Source: Chrysomallon squamiferum (taxonomy: Eukaryota; Animalia; Mollusca). Taken from it: 64,000 nucleotides of DNA. Positions 57,761 to 64,000 of this stretch are shown piece by piece. The stretch is from positions 47,182,001-47,246,000 of the forward strand of contig CM022665.1 in NCBI GenBank assembly GCA_012295275.1, in the 5' to 3' direction. The notes under the pieces were generated by a model, which did not search any database, was not told where the DNA came from, and worked only from the letters and a program-made list of their open reading frames with translations. The stretch's first letter is position 1. Every line of letters starts with the position of its first letter. The translations under genes and the position numbers were made by a program.

Positions 57761-58267
57761 GAAGAAGAAAGAAAAACAGAGAAGACGCTAAGAGCGGGAA
57801 GAAGTTTTATAGTTTTATAACATACACAAGACACCCACAAAGCGACCACACTGATTTTACTGTTCCGTATTCACAACCATCCCTGAACAAAAAAATAAAA
57901 TAAAACCTGGGTAAATGTTGTTTTTTTTGAAAGGTTATAACAGAAAGGACACCCCGCGCATTACGAGCAGAGCTGGCTGTAAAATAATAACCTTTATATA
58001 ACATCACAATTCCGTTTTATCTTTCCTCCACAGAGCAAACGTTTCAAAATTTGTTTCTAATTTACTTTTTCTTTTTCTTCTTTTCTTTTTTTCTAATTAT
58101 TTAACATATGAAAAGTGTCCCGGGGGGGTGGGTTTCTAGCAGGGGGGAGGGTTTCACGAACGAACCGACGTCTAGCGTCTTTGATGTGACAAACCGAGAA
58201 AACATTTTTACAGCGAAACACACAAACATCACTTTGTTCTCTCTCTGTATATGTCATTTGTCGTGTG

Positions 58268-58302
<35 letters not shown>

Positions 58303-58797
58303 CAAAAATTCACCTGTGAAAGAATACACACGGCGTTGCGTACGAAGCGACAAGGAGACACAATTGCGCCACTGCTCTTTAATGTCTGCCAAGACGTTAA
58401 AATATTCCTCCCATCAAAACACGTAAACTATTTCGTGAGGCGACTAGAACTGCCGCGAGCTAATCAGTTTTTTTAGTTGTTTTTTTTTCTCTCGAGTATA
58501 AATCACCCAGAACGTGCGGTGTCGCGTTCGAGTGTGCCTTTTGAAATGACGTCGTCGTCCCAAATGACTGCTCCGCGTCGTCAGATACACCGCGACACGT
58601 GGACAACGTCATCGTGCGACAACAATGCAGTCGCGCCATGCGGCATTCCGATAATATTCAAAAAAAAAAAAAAAAAAAACATTTCAGGGTTTTACCATTT
58701 TTCTCTGTTTTATTATTGGTTGTTCATATCATCATCATCATCATCATCAACACTACCATTATTGTTATTATTATTTTTTTTATTATTATTACTGTGG

Positions 58798-58880
<83 letters not shown>

Positions 58881-59842
58881 ACTGCATGTTTAATACATTA
58901 TAAACTTACAAATGTGATTAATTAAATTGGTATGAAAAACATAGGCGCGACCTGTACATATATATCTGTATGTGTGTGTGTGTGTGCATTTGTAAGTATG
59001 TATGTCTTTTAAAAGGCAGTTGTGATGTTAAAATTTATGATTATCTGTCTGGAAAGAAAATGAAATGAAAATAAATGTTTCTCCCAGCCCGTTAATTTGT
59101 TGTGTGTGTTTGCGAATATTACAAATAGATAATGCTTTGTCTGTACGTGTTTCTGTATTGTTTGACAGTTTAAACTGATTAGATCAGTTTACACAACATT
59201 GTTTTAATGTATACAACTCTATCGCAGTTTATAAAACTTTGAGAAGTTTATTGAAGTCAGTCAGTGGTGTTCATAATGTGTGAGTTATCGCCCTTTATAA
59301 GACTTTATTACGTCATTTCATTTCCTAACGTGTGATCATCATTCTTAATTTTTGTTTCTTTATTCTTGTTTATCGTCATCATCATCATCATCATTATCAT
59401 CATCATCATTATCATTATTATGAACTATTAGGTTCACGTGGGGTATGAATGAATATATTTTAGAACAGAGAGGTCACGTTATGCAGTTACCAAGGTAATT
59501 AGATAAACAAGTTATGACGTAACTGGTTTATTACGCCACCTGTTTTCATTATAGAGGTGGCCTTTCGTAGAAAAGAAATCCATAAAATAGGTGTTTTTCT
59601 GGAATACTGGACATCACCTGGAACTAAAAGATTTTACATTCATACATCTCGTATCTAAACTGACACGATTAGAACGTGCGTTATTTCTCATATTAAAATC
59701 GTAAGCCTTCAGCCAATCATTATTATTTACTTTGTTTTGACGTAACAATCTAAACTTCTTACGTCACAAGACTAAAACTGGTGACGTATCTGACAATGAA
59801 ATTGACTTCAGAATACGCTTTACATCGTCATAGAAACCACAA

Positions 59843-59930
<88 letters not shown>

Positions 59931-59974
59931 TTTTAAAATAACTAGCCAAAATGAGAAAGAAACGACAAACAAAA

Positions 59975-60495
59975 AAAAAATTATAATTCCAGTTTAATAT
60001 CTTTATTAAAAAAATGCAAAAACATAATAGAGCACATTCGGTAGAAACATAACAATCGCGTTACGTCTGTACAATAAAATTTAATACGAAATATAAATTA
60101 CAAGTGGCAGTGTGGTATCACGACGTCATGGCACACGTCGGCTGGTGTCAGCATCAGCTACCCGATAATAGTAACATCATAATAATAATAATAAAAAAAA
60201 GGTAACAAGTAATGTACAATAACCGCTATGTATAATGTATAATACAATATCAGAAACACAGTATTTCGTGGAAAACACAACTCTGAATTTTTGTTAAAAA
60301 AAAAACAAAAAAAAAAACATAAATTATTTCTTTCATGAATATGCGACAGTTTTTAATTATTTATGATAACAGGTAAAACAGGGCGGTTCCAGAAATGATC
60401 ATTATGTAGGGGGGGGGGGGGGTGCTATCAATGCTTATTATTATTACCATCACCTTTTCAGATTATTTTTGGATCCGCCGATTTTTTTTCAAACT

Positions 60496-60528
<33 letters not shown>

Positions 60529-61450
60529 AAATTTCAAACATGAACAGTAACAAGGCTTTCGAGTTAAAAAATTAACAGACATTTCATAAACAGATATAAA
60601 AGTTTTGATATAACTAGATATATATATATATAACAAGTTGCTACTTGATGCAGAAACAACATTAATAACGGCCGGTTTTTTGTTTTTAAACTTTTTTTTT
60701 TTTCTAACATTTGTGACAATAGAAACAATTAAACAGTTTTAATAGCTCAAATTATGTGATTAATTAACATAGATAGATAATTTGCATAATACAACAAAGG
60801 CCTCATGTTTTGCATAAACTGCACAACAGTTCTTAAGTACGTCTGTTTCAAAAATATTTTATATATATATATATATATGAAGTAAAGTAAAAATAAAATG
60901 ATGACATATAAAAAAATAAAAAAAAATATAATACATTTTTGAAATGCTTGTTCAAAAAGTAAAAATCCATAAATGTTTTAAAAATTAATTTTTTTCTTAT
61001 ATATATATATAAAAAAATATATAAATAACATACTTCGGTAGACAATGAAAGTTACATCTATTCTAACAGTATGTCAGTTTCTCTCATGATATAATACAGT
61101 AAATATATTTTTAATTTAAATATAAATAATATTTCTTTTTATATATATAAGAAAATGCTCTGAGCCGTAATATTTCTCTGTTATGACAAGAAAATTGATC
61201 TTATGACGAGATGGACAAATAAATAAATAACTTACAATGACAAGATTGGTGTGAGGAACTGACCACGTGACACAGCACGTGTTAGCTAAGTATGATATAT
61301 ATATATATTTATTTATCTATATAGAATATCTTTTAGCAATGGCAGGAACGTTAAATACCTGGCAGTTATAAATGTAACATACACGACAAGATTATAAATA
61401 CGTCATGAATAAAAACATTTGTTGGCTTCTGTTAGTAAAATGATAATTGG
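59975..61450 (-). other. Possible 3' UTR and poly(A) site of a convergent minus-strand gene whose CDS lies mostly beyond the window
   Basis: Minus-strand AATAAA at 60007-60002 followed by a T/GT-rich tract (59970-59945). Several TGTA-type elements and miRNA seed matches lie upstream on the minus strand. No CDS identified. Confidence 0.35.
60379..60480. mobile_element. Short MITE-like element with GGCGG(A/T)TCCA terminal inverted repeats
   Basis: CAGGGCGGTTCCAG at 60379-60392 and TGGATCCGCC at 60470-60479 form a 9/10 inverted match, with an internal poly-G run. This layout is common in invertebrate non-autonomous DNA elements. Confidence 0.5.
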
Positions 61451-61504
61451 CTCTAATTATGGATGATTATTGACATTCCGGTTATGTTTGTGATGGAATG
61501 TTAA

Positions 61505-62130
61505 CTGCTTAGCGATGCTAATGTTAATAACCTAGCGATGATAAAATGTTAATTAGTCAAAAATGATAAAATGTTGATTACTTAGCAATGATAAAAAAAA
61601 AAAAAAAAAATTCTTAGCGATGATAAAAATGTAAAAATATTTAGCGATGTCAAAAAATGACAGCTGTATATCGATAACAGAATGCAATTACGTAAAAATG
61701 TCGGTTTCTTAGCAACGATAAGATGATAATTGCTTATCAGTGGTAAAATGTAAACAACAATGACAATGACGTCAGTTTATGGACGAGAAATTAACAACTC
61801 TGTTTTCGCTAACTCGACTGCGCGGTGTGAAATTAACAATTTCAGTTTTGCTATCTCGAGTAATGACGAAAAATTGAACAAATCTATTTTGCTATCTCTA
61901 TTTCGCGTACTGAAATTAACAACACCATGTTGCTTATCTAGAATTACGTTGTGAGCGATCAAAACCTCTATTCCGCTGTCTAGAATTACGTTATGAGCGA
62001 TCAAAAACTCTACTCCGCTGTCTAGAATTACGTTGCGAGTGATTAAAGACTGTTATTTCTGCTATCTCTATTTAACCGCAAGTCTCAATTTCACGGCGTG
62101 GACAAATTAACAATTCTCTTTCGCTGTTTC
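61505..62130. repeat. Two adjacent minisatellites: about 27-bp TTAGCGATGATAAAATG units and about 42-bp units
   Basis: TAGC(G/A)ATG repeats span 61510-61720. TCTAGAATTACGTT..GAGCGATCAAAA occurs 3 times at about 61937, 61979 and 62022. AAATTAACAA repeats span 61788-62112. Confidence 0.8.
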
Positions 62131-62634
62131 ATTTAGCTATGAAAAAAAATAATAATAAAAACTCACTGACATCTCAGTTTTCTTTCTGTATATTTCAGCA
62201 ATAAATTAAAAAAAAAAAAACGTGGCCGAATTGTTCGCGGTGGTGGGTGGGTGGGGCTACCTAACGTCCGGTCGTATTCTTGTTTAGAACACCGACCGTC
62301 CGTCCCTCTGAATGTCCGGCGTGCGGATGTTTTCTGTGAACTGATGACAAGTTGGACGAGGCGGTCATCCCTTTGTCCGCGCGCTGGGATGTTTATGCCA
62401 CGTTAGCCCCGGTCACTCGGGGGTCATCGGGTGGGGCGATTGACGTGTGGGAAATAAAAATAAAAATAAAAAAAAATCTATGAATGAAAAAAAGCCGTGG
62501 AAACTATATCGTAGCGAAATTGTAGTACTCGGGGTTCAGACGAGAAAATAAATAAAATAAATAAATAAAATAAACAGATAAATAAATAAGTAAATAAAAA
62601 ATAAATAAATAAAAAAAATAAAGTAAAAAATATA

Positions 62635-62681
<47 letters not shown>

Positions 62682-62683
62682 AA

Positions 62684-62718
<35 letters not shown>

Positions 62719-62739
62719 AATAAAAAAATATAAATAAAT

Positions 62740-62985
62740 AAAATAAAAATAATTCATCTCTAGACATTTTCTATTTGATAAATATTTTGCTTCACGTCAA
62801 AAAAAAAAAAAAAAGAAATATGTAAATAAATAAAAATAATTCATCTCTAGATATTTTCTATTTGAGTAATAAATATATTGTTTCACTTTAAAAAAATAAA
62901 AATAAAAATAAAAAAATAGATTCATCACCATATGTTTCCTATTTGAGTAATGAATATATTGCTTCACGTTAAAAAAATTTATAAT
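62740..62985. repeat. About 87-bp tandem triplication
   Basis: AATAATTCATCTCTAGA.ATTTTCTATTTGA..AAATAT..TG.TTCACGT repeated about three times. Confidence 0.8.
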
Positions 62986-63684
62986 AATAATAATTATTAT
63001 TATAGTCAATGTTTCAGGAATGATACAGTCTTTCTTGTTCACTGAACAACATACAGTGTTTCAGGTGAAACAAATGATTCGAAAAAAAAAAAAAAAAAAA
63101 AAAATGACTCAGTCTTTGTAGTTCAGACCTCACAATGTTTCATAACGAGAAACAAAAAGAGTCCATGTTTTGGAACGGCTCAGTCTTTTTAGTTCATTGA
63201 ACACAGCGTAGGCACATGGTAATAATAATAACAATACATCAGTTAATTAGGAAGCACGTGGATGTGACGTCATTAACGGAATGTTTGTCTGTTTTCCCCC
63301 TTCACGTTTGAATGTCCATACCTGAAAAAACGAAGAAAATGTTTTAAATTATAAATATTACTTTGAATTGTAGTTGATATAAAATAAGTACGGAAATGGA
63401 AATTATATCAACAACGACATTAACATAAGAAGAAGATAAATATTTAAAAGGAAACAAACAAAAAAAAAAAGTAAGAAAGAAATATAGAAAGTAGATCGTT
63501 GACGTCAACAATGATTATAAATATAAATGAGAAGAGCAGCCATTGATTCAATGACAGTAACAACAGCTACGACCACGATAACAACATCAACAAGATACGC
63601 GATGCCAACAATAACAAACGTGAAACCGAGAAAGCTAAATATAATATACAGTGAAAACTATTTATTTCAGTATCTGTATTTATC

Positions 63685-63791
<107 letters not shown>

Positions 63792-64000
63792 CGCAAAAGC
63801 CATAAACACATACACTAACAATCTCTCTCATCGTCAATCCTTCTCATCCGAAATACAAACAACGTTACTAAAACTCACCCACACTCTCATCTCTCTTATT
63901 AACACACGCGAAGACTTACACGTATTATATTAAATTTTACACACACACACACAACCGCACATGCACGCACATAAGCGCCAACGCGCGCGCGCGCAACGAC

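Noticed and set aside
60095-60175. TGGCAGTGTGGT as a miR-34 gene on the + strand
   Set aside because: The match stops at 12 nt (no TAGCTGGTT) and I see no complementary star arm. It reads better as an antisense target site.
61465-61515. ACATTCC...TGGAATGT mini-hairpin as a miR-1 precursor
   Set aside because: Only the first 8 nt match miR-1, the rest (TAACTGCTT) differs, and the stem is too short for a pre-miRNA.

Overview
This window is animal genomic DNA, not prokaryotic. It is AT-rich and saturated with microsatellites and poly-A/T runs. Remnants of tRNA-derived SINEs suggest a mollusc, probably a gastropod (inference). It holds one clear protein-coding gene, an achaete-scute (ASCa/ASCL1-like) proneural bHLH factor on the + strand: ATG at 9363, exon 1 to 10200, a phase-1 intron of about 3.7 kb, a probable short exon 2 (13941-14002) and a 3' UTR ending near AATAAA at 15132. 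The rest looks like a regulatory gene desert: CpG-containing, motif-dense islands separated by simple repeats, minisatellites and decayed SINE/MITE copies. The 3' end of a convergent gene may lie at about 60-63 kb. Nearly all other ORFs in the track are microsatellite artefacts. I found no CRISPR array, rRNA, intact tRNA or transposase. The best leads are a C-terminal extension past the normally terminal ASC motif, a triple N-box HES/E(spl) module in the 5' leader, 12-nt perfect miR-1 and miR-34 complements, a minisatellite built from Forkhead sites, and excesses of CRE and YY1/Pho motifs. All regulatory calls are motif-level inference. I cannot demonstrate a wholly new biological system here.
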